Shown here piece after piece: positions 48,782-58,476 of a stretch of DNA of 64,000 bases. The notes under the pieces were generated by a model. The model ran no database searches, was not told the origin of the DNA, and worked only from the letters and a program-made list of their open reading frames with translations. This DNA is from an uncultured Spirochaetales bacterium (GTDB lineage: Bacteria > Spirochaetota > Spirochaetia > CAYLLE01), in assembly GCA_964618265.1 (NCBI GenBank), contig CAZUAE010000006.1, positions 18,830 to 82,829 of the forward strand, given 5' to 3'. Made by a program: the position numbers and the translations under genes. Each line of letters opens with the position of its first letter. Position 1 is the first letter of the stretch.

Positions 48782-49799
48782 ATCAATACGAACGGCAATA
48801 CTCGGGTACGGCAGAAGCGGCAGTACAATGCATGCCGGCGCGATCGAAAAGAGTTCCGACTTTGAGATGACCGCTGTTTGTGACATTGATCCGGAAAGGC
48901 AGCGGCAGGCGAAAGAACGGTTCGGATGTCCTGTGTATGATGATTACCATGAAATGCTCAAAAAGGAAAACCTGGACTTGGTGTGTGTGGTGACCAGGAG
49001 TGATCAGCACTGTAAAATGACCTGTGATTGTCTTCGGGCGGGGGTCGATGTTCTGGTGACTAAACCCTGGGCGGTTAATGCTGCAGAAGGAGAAGCCATG
49101 ATTAAGGCAGAATCGGAAAGTGGTAAGAAGATTCTTCCCTGGCTTCAAGCTCGTTGGGGCTCAGACTTTAAACGGCTCCGGGAGCTGGTATCTGAAGGGG
49201 TAATCGGAAGACCCTTCCTAATCAGGAGAACAGTGGTAAGTTTCGGAGTCCGGGACGATTGGCAGACAGAAAAGCAGTACGGCGGAGGATATATCCTTAA
49301 CTGGGGACCACATATCGTGGATCCGCCGATCCTCCTGGCGGGAAGTCCTGTGATAAGCGCCTATGGGAGATCCGGCAAGGTAAATAATCCGGGAGACGCG
49401 GAGGATTACTTTTTTTCTGTATTAACCTGTAAAAACGGACTCACAATTACCGCGGAATTTACTGTTTCCACCGAGGACTTTCCAAACTGGGTTATCCAGG
49501 GAGACCGGGGAACAATAGCCGTACGGGGTAAAGAAGTCTGCATACACAGCCAAACCCCCGGGAAACCGTCGGATCCCACCAAATACGCATCCATGAAGGC
49601 AGAAAGTGAAGACATAAAAAGGGAAACCCTTACACCGGATACCATAGGAAAAGCAGATACCGTATACAAGGAAATTGCCGAGGCTTTCAAAAAGGGCACT
49701 CCCTTTGCGATATCCTCAGAAGATGCCCTTTCTTTATCCAGGGTGCTTGATGCCGTTAAGGATTCCGCTAAAACGGGCAAAGTAGTAAAAATCCGGTAG
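48768..49799 (+). CDS. Gfo/Idh/MocA-family NAD(P)-dependent oxidoreductase
   Basis: IRTAILGYGRSGS Rossmann start and the family's C-terminal alpha/beta domain. AGGGAGAA SD. Confidence 0.8.
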   Translation: MMQDKSIRTAILGYGRSGSTMHAGAIEKSSDFEMTAVCDIDPERQRQAKERFGCPVYDDYHEMLKKENLDLVCVVTRSDQHCKMTCDCLRAGVDVLVTKPWAVNAAEGEAMIKAESESGKKILPWLQARWGSDFKRLRELVSEGVIGRPFLIRRTVVSFGVRDDWQTEKQYGGGYILNWGPHIVDPPILLAGSPVISAYGRSGKVNNPGDAEDYFFSVLTCKNGLTITAEFTVSTEDFPNWVIQGDRGTIAVRGKEVCIHSQTPGKPSDPTKYASMKAESEDIKRETLTPDTIGKADTVYKEIAEAFKKGTPFAISSEDALSLSRVLDAVKDSAKTGKVVKIR

Positions 49800-49808
49800 T
49801 CATACGTT

Positions 49809-50540
49809 TTACGGAAAACCTGATTCAAGCTTCTCGATAACGTTCCGGTAGTTCTTCAGGGCTTTTTCTCCATACCGGTTAAGCTGGTAGATGCCGCGGT
49901 CTACGCGGTCGAACCATCCGTAGAAGTTTTTGGAAAGGATGGGCTGGGTTTTTTCGGAGCAGCCTTGTTCCCGCAGCATCTTAGGACTGGATGGTCCCTG
50001 TTCTCTGAGGAAGTAGGCAACTTTGATGACCTGCTGTTTGTAAGAGGTGATCCGTTCTTCAGTTACCGGAATGCCCCCGCGGGTAAACTCCCCGTACCGT
50101 CCGTTGATCTCCCGAATTATGGCTGTCCGTTTCTTATGCATTCTGCGCTCAGGATAATTCGCCGGATGAAGTACTACATCTATACGGGTTTTTGTCTTGA
50201 GAAAGCGAACAAGGATAAGACCTGTTTCCAGCCTGCGGAGAAGCTTAAGGACTCCCCGCTGATTCGGTAAAGAACGTTTTCCCGGGGGAACAGGAACCGC
50301 CGCGTATACCGATGGAGTAATTTCCTTACGATTGGCAATTTGGATAAGAAGGGATACACTTATCCGCGTTTTAAGCTCCACTATAACGAGTTCATTTCCG
50401 CGCCGGGCTGCTATATCGCAGTTATTTACCTCACCGCTTACTGAATAGCCTTGATGTTCCAGATAAGTTTTTATGGGTAAATAAAGATCAGCCTCTTTTA
50501 TCATCTCTCTAATTCTACGGCAGTCAAACGTAAGGGACAA
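49809..50540 (-). CDS. Hypothetical protein with PD-(D/E)xK-like nuclease-fold N-terminus
   Basis: CDIAARRGNELVIVELK gives a D-x12-E-x-K arrangement after a beta-strand-like stretch. The C-terminal half matches nothing I recognise. Confidence 0.45.
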   Translation of the reverse strand: MSLTFDCRRIREMIKEADLYLPIKTYLEHQGYSVSGEVNNCDIAARRGNELVIVELKTRISVSLLIQIANRKEITPSVYAAVPVPPGKRSLPNQRGVLKLLRRLETGLILVRFLKTKTRIDVVLHPANYPERRMHKKRTAIIREINGRYGEFTRGGIPVTEERITSYKQQVIKVAYFLREQGPSSPKMLREQGCSEKTQPILSKNFYGWFDRVDRGIYQLNRYGEKALKNYRNVIEKLESGFP

Positions 50541-50580
50541 GGGGTTATCTGCTTCCTTTCCTATATCAGAAAAAAATATT

Positions 50581-50928
50581 ATGCTATTGTTACTACCAGG
50601 GCAGCAGGAGGATTCATTGTCGATTTACAAGGTTCATTTTAAGTGGAAAGAAAAAGAGGTAATCTTAAGAGCACGAAGTCTCGATTTGACCCATCCCTAT
50701 TTTGTTTCAATTAAAGATTTAGTATTCCCGGAGGGAAAGAAACTGATCATAGATCCCGCTGAGGATGAAATACGGAAAGCTTTTGGAGAAACGGACCACC
50801 TCATGATTCCCTTTCAGTCTGTCTCTCTTATCGAAGAAAACAGCGAGGAAAAACCAGCAGCTCAACCTAAAGTCAGACCTTTTACGTTGGTAGAAGAAGA
50901 ACCGGAAAATCCTGAGGAAACTGAGTGA
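50581..50928 (+). CDS. Small hypothetical protein with acidic C-terminus
   Basis: ORF only. Divergent from the PD-(D/E)xK-like gene. Confidence 0.35.
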   Translation: MLLLLPGQQEDSLSIYKVHFKWKEKEVILRARSLDLTHPYFVSIKDLVFPEGKKLIIDPAEDEIRKAFGETDHLMIPFQSVSLIEENSEEKPAAQPKVRPFTLVEEEPENPEETE

Positions 50929-50936
50929 CTAGATGA

Positions 50937-52100
50937 CTATTCTTCGATATTCCGTTTCATTCTTGTCATTCCGCTTCCTTCCAAGTCTATTTTTAAATTA
51001 AGAAATTCCAAAAGGTCCTTAATAGAAAGAATTCCCGCCAGTTTACTGTCTTCCACAACCATCAGCCTGCTGTTTCCGCTTTTATACATTTTGTTTATGG
51101 CTTCCGTTGCATCATCATCTGGGGATATTGTGTTTTCCTCTGTCCATTGAGTCTTTAGTTGTCTAACCGGTGTATTGGGCCACTCTTCTCTTGGTAAATT
51201 CTTTATATCCTTTGTGCTGATAAAACCCTCTAATTCTCCATCCGAAACAATGGGAAACAATTTATAGTGGTATTTGTAGACGTAGTCTTCCACCAGCCGT
51301 TCAATAGAAACGGCGGGACTCACCGTAACCACCTCGGTTTTCATGAAGCGTCTTACCTTCTCGCCCCGTAAGGTCTGCTGAATAAGCACACGCTGATAAC
51401 TTGCTCTGGAGGACTGATGAATGAAGAACCCAATAAAAATCCACCAGATACCTGATAAAAATCCTCCCGCGAATATACCGGTAAAACCGATGAATATAAG
51501 GAGAAAACCGAATCCGGACCCGGCGTAGGACGCCCATTTAGTTGCCTTCCGTATATCTTTACCGGTCCCCCAGAAGATAGCACGCAGCACACGTCCACCG
51601 TCCAATGGATAAGCCGGGACAAGATTGAATCCGGCAAGGATAAAGTTGATGGACCAGAAATAACTCAGTACCGCCTGGATCTCAGCAGGCCATTCTGCCT
51701 GTAATGCGAGGGAGTAGAGTCCCCAAAAGATCCCTCCAAGGACAATACTGGTGCCCGGACCGGCTAAAGCCATGAGTACTTCGGCTTTAGGACTCGGAGG
51801 TTCCTCCTCTATGTTTGCTACCCCTCCGAAAACGAAAAGGGTGATTTCGTTTATATCCATACCGAATTTCCGGGCCGCCAGTGAATGACTCAGTTCGTGC
51901 AATATAATGAATAGAAATAATCCTACCGCCCCTATAACTCCTAAAATCCAATAGGCGGCAGGTTCAAAGGCTTCGAAGTAATTTGGAAAAACTCCCGTCG
52001 CCAGGGACCAAACGATAAGTATGGCAATAATCAGCCAGCTCAGATCTACCTTTACCGTGAACCCCAGCATTTTGAAGAGTTTATATTTTTTCCCAAACAT
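50937..52100 (-). CDS. Site-2-protease-family (M50) zinc metalloprotease with tandem CBS domains
   Basis: HELSHSLAAR HExxH motif inside TM helices, followed by two CBS-like repeats. Confidence 0.85.
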   Translation of the reverse strand: MFGKKYKLFKMLGFTVKVDLSWLIIAILIVWSLATGVFPNYFEAFEPAAYWILGVIGAVGLFLFIILHELSHSLAARKFGMDINEITLFVFGGVANIEEEPPSPKAEVLMALAGPGTSIVLGGIFWGLYSLALQAEWPAEIQAVLSYFWSINFILAGFNLVPAYPLDGGRVLRAIFWGTGKDIRKATKWASYAGSGFGFLLIFIGFTGIFAGGFLSGIWWIFIGFFIHQSSRASYQRVLIQQTLRGEKVRRFMKTEVVTVSPAVSIERLVEDYVYKYHYKLFPIVSDGELEGFISTKDIKNLPREEWPNTPVRQLKTQWTEENTISPDDDATEAINKMYKSGNSRLMVVEDSKLAGILSIKDLLEFLNLKIDLEGSGMTRMKRNIEE

Positions 52101-52106
52101 AGCTGT

Positions 52107-53276
52107 TTACTTATCCTCCAATGCGGCAATTCCTGGTAGCTGCTTTCCCTCCAGGTATTCTAAAAAGGCCCCGCCGCCGGTGGAGACATGGGTCATCTTG
52201 TCTTCGTATCCCGCTTGGGTCACAGCTGCTGCTGAATCCCCGCCGCCGATATACACCTCTGCATCTAAACCCGCAAGAATTTTTGCCATACCGTTAGTTC
52301 CCTCGGCAAATGCGTCTTTCTCGAATAACCCTAACGGACCGTTCCACACGATACGCTTTGCGCTGTGGAGTATTTCCCGGAAACGCTCCAGGGTGTTGGG
52401 ACCTACATCCAGGATCATCCAGCCCTCGGGTATTTCGTCGGCAGGAACGATCCGCTTTTTTGAAGCTTCATCCGGGGAAGGAGCTACCGCGGCATCTTCC
52501 GGTAAAATAAGATTTTCTCCGGCACTTTTTAAGATATCTAAAGCGGTATCTGCGCTTTCTTCATCCACCAAAGATTTGCCTACAGCTATTCCTTTTGCTT
52601 TTAAAAAAGTATTCGCGATACCCCCGCCGGTTAAAATAGTATCGGTGAGTTCTATCAAACGCTTTATCACTCCGATTTTATCAGAGATTTTAGCCCCTCC
52701 CATGATTGCTACCGAAGGATGCACCGGGTTGGAAATAATTGTTTCTAAGGCTTTTATTTCCCGTTCCATAAGTAGTCCCATCACGGAAGGAAGGTGTTTG
52801 GTTATTCCTTCGGTGGATGCGTGAGCCCGGTGAGCCGCGCCGAAAGCATCGTTTACATATATTTCTCCATGCGCTGCCAATTTTTTGGCGAAATCCGCGT
52901 CATTTTTCTTTTCCTCCGGATGAAAACGGGTATTCTCTAATAGAAGAACTGACCCGCCCTCAAGCTTAGAAGATGCATTTTCCGCTTCACTGCCGACACA
53001 GTCGTCGGCAAATTCCACTTTTTTACCCAGAAGTTCCTCAAGGTGCCGTGCTGCAGGTTTTAAGCTGTACTCATCCTTCCGTTCTCCCTTCGGTCTTCCC
53101 AAATGGGAACAGAGGGTGAGTTTTACTTTCTTATCCAGGAGAAACTGTATAGTTTTCATGGCTGCCCGAATTCGGGTATCGTCAGTGATTTTCCCGCCAT
53201 TCATGGGAACATTGAAATCCACTCTCATTATTATCCGTTTATTTGTTAAATCAATGTCGCGAATCGTCTTCTTCAT
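52107..53276 (-). CDS. pgk: Phosphoglycerate kinase
   Basis: MKKTIRDIDLTNKRIIMRVDFNVP... canonical PGK N-terminus and full-length match. The ORF-track start (53306) adds 10 aa. Confidence 0.9.
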   Translation of the reverse strand: MKKTIRDIDLTNKRIIMRVDFNVPMNGGKITDDTRIRAAMKTIQFLLDKKVKLTLCSHLGRPKGERKDEYSLKPAARHLEELLGKKVEFADDCVGSEAENASSKLEGGSVLLLENTRFHPEEKKNDADFAKKLAAHGEIYVNDAFGAAHRAHASTEGITKHLPSVMGLLMEREIKALETIISNPVHPSVAIMGGAKISDKIGVIKRLIELTDTILTGGGIANTFLKAKGIAVGKSLVDEESADTALDILKSAGENLILPEDAAVAPSPDEASKKRIVPADEIPEGWMILDVGPNTLERFREILHSAKRIVWNGPLGLFEKDAFAEGTNGMAKILAGLDAEVYIGGGDSAAAVTQAGYEDKMTHVSTGGGAFLEYLEGKQLPGIAALEDK

Positions 53277-53494
53277 CTTTTCCTCCTCGAATAATAAGAT
53301 ACACAAAAAAGTTGTATCCCGGCAAAATTTTTTATCCAGTTGTGCTGCGGAAAAGCTATTTAAAACAGAGGTATCTACTCTGGTGTAAAAAAATCGTTGC
53401 TTTGGACCGATACTAGCTGATATAGACTGTATTAATAGGTAAATCTATGATATTGAGGGAAATTCCAATTCCTTATCTTGTTCGGGAGCGTTGA

Positions 53495-55363
53495 ATGAAT
53501 GAAAAACTCGGGTTCCGGCTGATTGTGACCATTCCATGGGTTCTCTTTATGGTTCTCTTTATGGCAGGAGTACCCCTTTTTGCTCAAGGTGAAATATCTT
53601 TAATGTATTACCTTTGGGTCGCGTTAAGCGGATTTGGACTCTATCTTTTGCTGCAGCTTGCTTTAACCAAAAAAGCAAGGTTGTTCGGCTCTGTAGAGGC
53701 CTCGGGTACGGAAGCCCATGAAGAATGGTTGGTAAAACTGGGTCAGATTCCCATCTCAACTTTTCTGATTATAATTGTTTTCACCATCAGCTTTATCGTT
53801 ATTTCCCTTGTTATTTCTGTTGTTACCAATGTATTTCTGCAAAGCAGCGGAAATCTCTACGGTTTGGGTCTTTTAGGTTTCGCAATGCTTAATGGAGCGT
53901 TTGCCTATGTTCTTCTGGACAAGCGGCTCTTAGTTACCCTTTATAATAGAAAGATAACGCAGTATCCAGAGAGCCTGCGGGAGGATAGGCAGTATAAGAA
54001 GATTATCATCGTTCCCCTTTTTATGATCATCATGACGATAATTACCGTTTTTGCCTGGACAGTTTTAGGCCTTTACCGGGCAAGTCTTTTCAGTGCCGCC
54101 GGAGGATCCGGTGTCGTGGGTGCCATTCTCGGTAAAATAATTTTGCCGGTAGGTCTTTTCATAGCGGCAGTAATTGGTCTTGTTTACATTTGGGCAGGGA
54201 ATACACGGCTTCTTTACCGTAATGTTTTGAACAGACTCGATTCCCTTAATTCCGCGGATAAAGATTTAACCGGTGAAGTGTATATTACATCTGTAGATGA
54301 AATTGCCTCTATTGCCGGGGGAATAAACAATTTTATCGGTACACTTCACAGTAATATCAACCAGTTGAAGGGTTCCTTTGAGACTATGGATATAATACAG
54401 GCTAAGCTATTTGAAAAGATCGAGTCCACCGGCGGTATCCTAAAGGAAGTGGACCGGCATATTGCAGAATCCGCTGAGAATGTGGATTCTCAGAACGAAA
54501 AGAGCAGCGAAATCATAAAACTGGGCGGTGAGTTTCAGCGTATTGTGTCTGAGCTCAACACTGTTTTTATGGAGCAGAATACAAGTCTTGGAACTTCTTT
54601 GGAGGGAATCGAAGGGATTATTGAATCCGTTGATCGTGCTACCGCACAAATTGTTGGTGTTTCCGAACAGGGAACCCGGTTATCGGAATTATCGGAACGG
54701 GGAAGAGACGCCTTGGGAGCTACAATCTCATCAGTTTCCACCATCAGCAGTCTTTCAGATGAACTGTTGAAGATAAATTCCATGGTAGCCAATATTGCTT
54801 CCCAGACAAACCTTCTGGCCATGAATGCAGCTATCGAAGCCGCTCACGCGGGCGATTTAGGTAAGGGGTTCGGTGTGGTAGCGGATGAGATCCGGTCTCT
54901 AGCTGAAGATACCGCCGCAAGAACAAAAGAAAGTGCCGGAAGTCTAAAAAAGGTAATAGAGGAGATAGATTCAGCTCTTAAGGTTGCCCAGGATACCGGG
55001 AACACCTTTTCCAAAATTCGGGATGCCATAAATGAGATGGAAACTGCCGCGAAGGATGCCTCTGAGAATATGCGTCGGCAATCCAAAACTACCGGTACTA
55101 TTCAGGACTCCCTGGGTAAAACCAGGGCTGATACGCGCCGTCTTGAGGAAGCAGCAAAAGAGCTTCTGAATCATACTGAAGGGATGATAGACACCTTGGA
55201 TACACTCGGGAAATCAGCGGCGGATAGTAAGGAAAGAACCGAGAAGATGCGGATTTCCAACGTCAAAGCACAAGAGAGTATGGGTAAACTAGATGAACTA
55301 TCCCGTTCCGCCGAGGAACTGCAGCATCATCTTAAGGAATTTGTGGAGACCTTCCGTACCTAG
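53495..55363 (+). CDS. Methyl-accepting chemotaxis protein
   Basis: Two-TM sensor region, HAMP, and the highly conserved MCP signalling segment ([36 protein letters not shown]). Confidence 0.85.
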   Translation: MNEKLGFRLIVTIPWVLFMVLFMAGVPLFAQGEISLMYYLWVALSGFGLYLLLQLALTKKARLFGSVEASGTEAHEEWLVKLGQIPISTFLIIIVFTISFIVISLVISVVTNVFLQSSGNLYGLGLLGFAMLNGAFAYVLLDKRLLVTLYNRKITQYPESLREDRQYKKIIIVPLFMIIMTIITVFAWTVLGLYRASLFSAAGGSGVVGAILGKIILPVGLFIAAVIGLVYIWAGNTRLLYRNVLNRLDSLNSADKDLTGEVYITSVDEIASIAGGINNFIGTLHSNINQLKGSFETMDIIQAKLFEKIESTGGILKEVDRHIAESAENVDSQNEKSSEIIKLGGEFQRIVSELNTVFMEQNTSLGTSLEGIEGIIESVDRATAQIVGVSEQGTRLSELSERGRDALGATISSVSTISSLSDELLKINSMVANIASQTNLLAMNAAIEAAHAGDLGKGFGVVADEIRSLAEDTAARTKESAGSLKKVIEEIDSALKVAQDTGNTFSKIRDAINEMETAAKDASENMRRQSKTTGTIQDSLGKTRADTRRLEEAAKELLNHTEGMIDTLDTLGKSAADSKERTEKMRISNVKAQESMGKLDELSRSAEELQHHLKEFVETFRT

Positions 55364-56049
55364 GAATTGCTGTCACTGGTTTCCTTAAAAAGTATCTTTT
55401 CCAGATCCCTTACATTTTCCAGATAATACGTTGCAGACACTTTTAATTCCTTTCTGATATGAGGGATACTGTGTCCCCAGCCGGCACCTGCTGAATCTAC
55501 ACCTCCCCGTTTAGCCATTGTTATGCCGGGCTTTAAATCATCAAGAACAAGTATTTCACGCTTCGATACACCGAAATGCCTAATTGCTTCTTCTATTGGC
55601 CAGGGATTCGGTTTATGCTTTTCCGGCTCCCCTGTCCACCCGATAATCATGTCCGGTACAAATCCTGGAATTTCTGTTTGGGCTTCGTAATGTAATCGGA
55701 TTATGTCGGGCTCGGAATGGGAAACAACGATTATGACACCTCCGGAATCATGATATTTTTTAAGTATGCGGAGAAGTCCGGGAAAAAACGGGGGAGAAGA
55801 GTTTTCCGTAAACTCCCTCCAAACCCGATAAAACATCTCTTTGTCTTCTTCCGAAAGTTTCAGAACGTCGTTTAAGTAGCTCCCCAAGCCGGGATGATAG
55901 TTTATGGAAAGCCATTCCTCCAGAGAGACCGTCATATCTTCTCTTCCGAGACGGCGGAGCTGTTCTATATGGGCAGGATAATGGATATGAGGGGTGCTGT
56001 TTACTGCAGTGTCATCATGGTCAATGAGAAGCGCCCGGTAGTTAAGCAT
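55360..56049 (-). CDS. HAD-superfamily hydrolase
   Basis: Motif I LLIDHDDT immediately after the start chosen at MLNYRALL (56049). The ORF-track start at 56196 adds 49 aa of low-complexity sequence. Confidence 0.7.
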   Translation of the reverse strand: MLNYRALLIDHDDTAVNSTPHIHYPAHIEQLRRLGREDMTVSLEEWLSINYHPGLGSYLNDVLKLSEEDKEMFYRVWREFTENSSPPFFPGLLRILKKYHDSGGVIIVVSHSEPDIIRLHYEAQTEIPGFVPDMIIGWTGEPEKHKPNPWPIEEAIRHFGVSKREILVLDDLKPGITMAKRGGVDSAGAGWGHSIPHIRKELKVSATYYLENVRDLEKILFKETSDSNS

Positions 56050-56122
56050 TTGTTTTTTCTTTACCCTTATATTAGAATCCTTTATGATAATATAATAATT
56101 TCGATATATCGAAAAAGGTTTT

Positions 56123-57178
56123 ATGAAAAAAGTTGATATACAAAGGCATATCACCAATCTCCTCCTATTTATAGTATATTTAGCGGTTCTTTTCATTATT
56201 CCCGCAAATTATGTAAATATACTTTACCCAGCAGCTCTGTTTCCTTCCATAATTATTGCGTTTTTACTAGGTCCCTGGGCTGCTTTGGCTGCTTCTTTGA
56301 GTTTTACCGGGATAAATCTTTTTTACCTGCTGATAAACATTCCCGGATACCTTCCGGAAGGGTTGTTTGGATTCGTTTTGGGTCATTTGAACATTATATT
56401 TGCCTCTTCTGTGGTAGGGTATATAAGTAGAATTAAGAAAAAGTTGCACCGTATGGTCCGGCAGAAAGAGAAAAGCGAAGAAAAGTTGACGGAACTGCTG
56501 CACCAGAAAGACATGATGGTACGGGAAATGAACCATCGGATATCCAATAATCTTAACATGCTTTCCGGGCTGATCGAACTGCAGAGCCAGTTTATGTCCG
56601 ATAAGGAGTATCAGCACAAATTTTTAGAATTAAAAAACAAGATTGTTACAATAGCTCTGCTCCATAATCAGCTGCAGGAAAATTCTAAAGACCTGGACAT
56701 GGATACCCGCCCGTATTTAAAAACATTAGTTTCCCGGATCACCAAGAGTCTGTTGACGGAACATTGCAACATCCTAGTTCATACCCAAGAGATTGAGGGA
56801 GTATACCTACCCAGCTCCTATTCTACACATCTGGGTTTGATCGTCAGTGAGCTGGTTACAAATGCCTTCAAATACGCATTTCCTGCAGAAGAATCTGGAA
56901 ACATTTGGATAAAACTTAAGCCTACCCTTGACGGTTCCTCTATTCAGCTTTCCGTTTCTAACAACGGGGTTCCATTCGATTTTCGGGCTAAAGCAGCTTC
57001 AGAGGGTGTTTCACTGGGCATGACCCTCATCGAGTCTCTGACGGAACAGCTAAAAGGTAATTTTCAGATTCGGCAGGAAGAGGGAATTGTCGTCTTTTAC
57101 ATAACGTTTCCGAAGCCGGAAAATGCAGTTTATATTGAAGAACAGGATGCTAAACCGCATCCTAATTCTTACCGCTAA
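56123..57178 (+). CDS. Membrane sensor histidine kinase, HisKA_2 type
   Basis: Four N-terminal TM helices, H-box MNHRISNNL, N-box ELVTNAFKYAF, G-box SNNGVPF. Confidence 0.7.
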   Translation: MKKVDIQRHITNLLLFIVYLAVLFIIPANYVNILYPAALFPSIIIAFLLGPWAALAASLSFTGINLFYLLINIPGYLPEGLFGFVLGHLNIIFASSVVGYISRIKKKLHRMVRQKEKSEEKLTELLHQKDMMVREMNHRISNNLNMLSGLIELQSQFMSDKEYQHKFLELKNKIVTIALLHNQLQENSKDLDMDTRPYLKTLVSRITKSLLTEHCNILVHTQEIEGVYLPSSYSTHLGLIVSELVTNAFKYAFPAEESGNIWIKLKPTLDGSSIQLSVSNNGVPFDFRAKAASEGVSLGMTLIESLTEQLKGNFQIRQEEGIVVFYITFPKPENAVYIEEQDAKPHPNSYR

Positions 57179-58437
57179 ATTGTTTTAGAATCAGCCAAAA
57201 CCTTCGCGCAGAACTGATACACCCCGGCACTCCAACCCTGCATTCTGGCAGCCTTGTACTCACCAGTACCGATCCGGCCGGTCTCAACATTAATTTTCTC
57301 CCACAAGCTTCCAGTCTCTTCGAACAGCTTGTTCACTGTCTTTAAATACTTCGAGGCAATTCTTTTTGCGTCTGCCCGGTAACCGTAATTGAGCAGTCCC
57401 TGTATCACTATGCACTGTTCCGGCGGCCAGCCGTTAGGATGCATCCATTGAAAATCCGGAACCGGATTTTCACCTATAAACTTAGGTCCATTCCACCGGG
57501 AAACCGGTTCCGTTGAGGCAATACCCCATTCCCGTTCCAATAGAGGAAGAGTCAAACGCACACGTTCCGCCTGCTCCGGTTCGGCTGCTCCCGCAGCTAA
57601 GGGCGAGAATGCTGCCGTGGAAAGCACCGGAGTCCGCGTTCCGGTTTTCTCCCCGTAATCTAAGTAAGCTCCTCGTTCTTCATCCCAGAGTAGATTATTC
57701 ATCAAACCGAGCCTTTTTTCTGCCCGGTTTTTCCATACCGCGTCATCTATGGGAACTCCCGTTTCTCTACCCAGTTCCGGGATGGTTGTCTCGTAATAGT
57801 ACAGATTGGCATTAAGTTCTACAGGTGAAAAATCGGCGCATTTCCCTTGAAAGCGGGGAGTAAAGTCTCGGCCTGTTTCAGCTTCGGCGGTATAGTGTCT
57901 TCCGATTTCGATCCGCTCCTCCGGACTGAGAGGTACAAATCCGAGCCGGGAACGGAGCACCTTATTATAGAAGGAATCAAGCTCATCCTCTGACGCACTG
58001 TGGTAGTGCCGGTTAAGCCCGGAGTCACAGACGCGTTCGGTCATCCAAAAATCGTACTCCGTGATTGCGGCGGTAACTCCCAGTCTAACAAGATCCTTGT
58101 CCCCGGAGCTAGTTAGGTAATCTCTGAGAAGGTGTACAAAGTACGGCGGCTGCGATCTGTTCAAATGATAAGCGGCATTGCTGTTCGGAATAAACCCGTA
58201 AGTTTCAATTTCATAGATGAAGTTTCTAATATCGTAAGCTGCCAGGTCGCGGCGGCCGTCTATAAGGAGTCCGACGCAGGCAAAATAGGTATCCCAATAG
58301 TAAAGGTCCTGAAAATGATCCTCCCCGCAGGGGGTTGTATAGGGGAAGGGGAGATACAGCCTGGGAGGATCATCCTTTTCCGTTCTCTGTACTGCCGAAT
58401 CCCATTTTGATTGTATGTATGCTGATACTTTTCGCAT
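57175..58437 (-). CDS. Trehalase (GH37)
   Basis: Both GH37 signatures present in variant form: PCGEDHFQDLYYWDTYF and QWMHPNGWPP. Confidence 0.8.
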   Translation of the reverse strand: MRKVSAYIQSKWDSAVQRTEKDDPPRLYLPFPYTTPCGEDHFQDLYYWDTYFACVGLLIDGRRDLAAYDIRNFIYEIETYGFIPNSNAAYHLNRSQPPYFVHLLRDYLTSSGDKDLVRLGVTAAITEYDFWMTERVCDSGLNRHYHSASEDELDSFYNKVLRSRLGFVPLSPEERIEIGRHYTAEAETGRDFTPRFQGKCADFSPVELNANLYYYETTIPELGRETGVPIDDAVWKNRAEKRLGLMNNLLWDEERGAYLDYGEKTGTRTPVLSTAAFSPLAAGAAEPEQAERVRLTLPLLEREWGIASTEPVSRWNGPKFIGENPVPDFQWMHPNGWPPEQCIVIQGLLNYGYRADAKRIASKYLKTVNKLFEETGSLWEKINVETGRIGTGEYKAARMQGWSAGVYQFCAKVLADSKTI

Positions 58438-58476
58438 AATGGATTATACTAATTAACTTAAAAAAAGGAAATCAAC

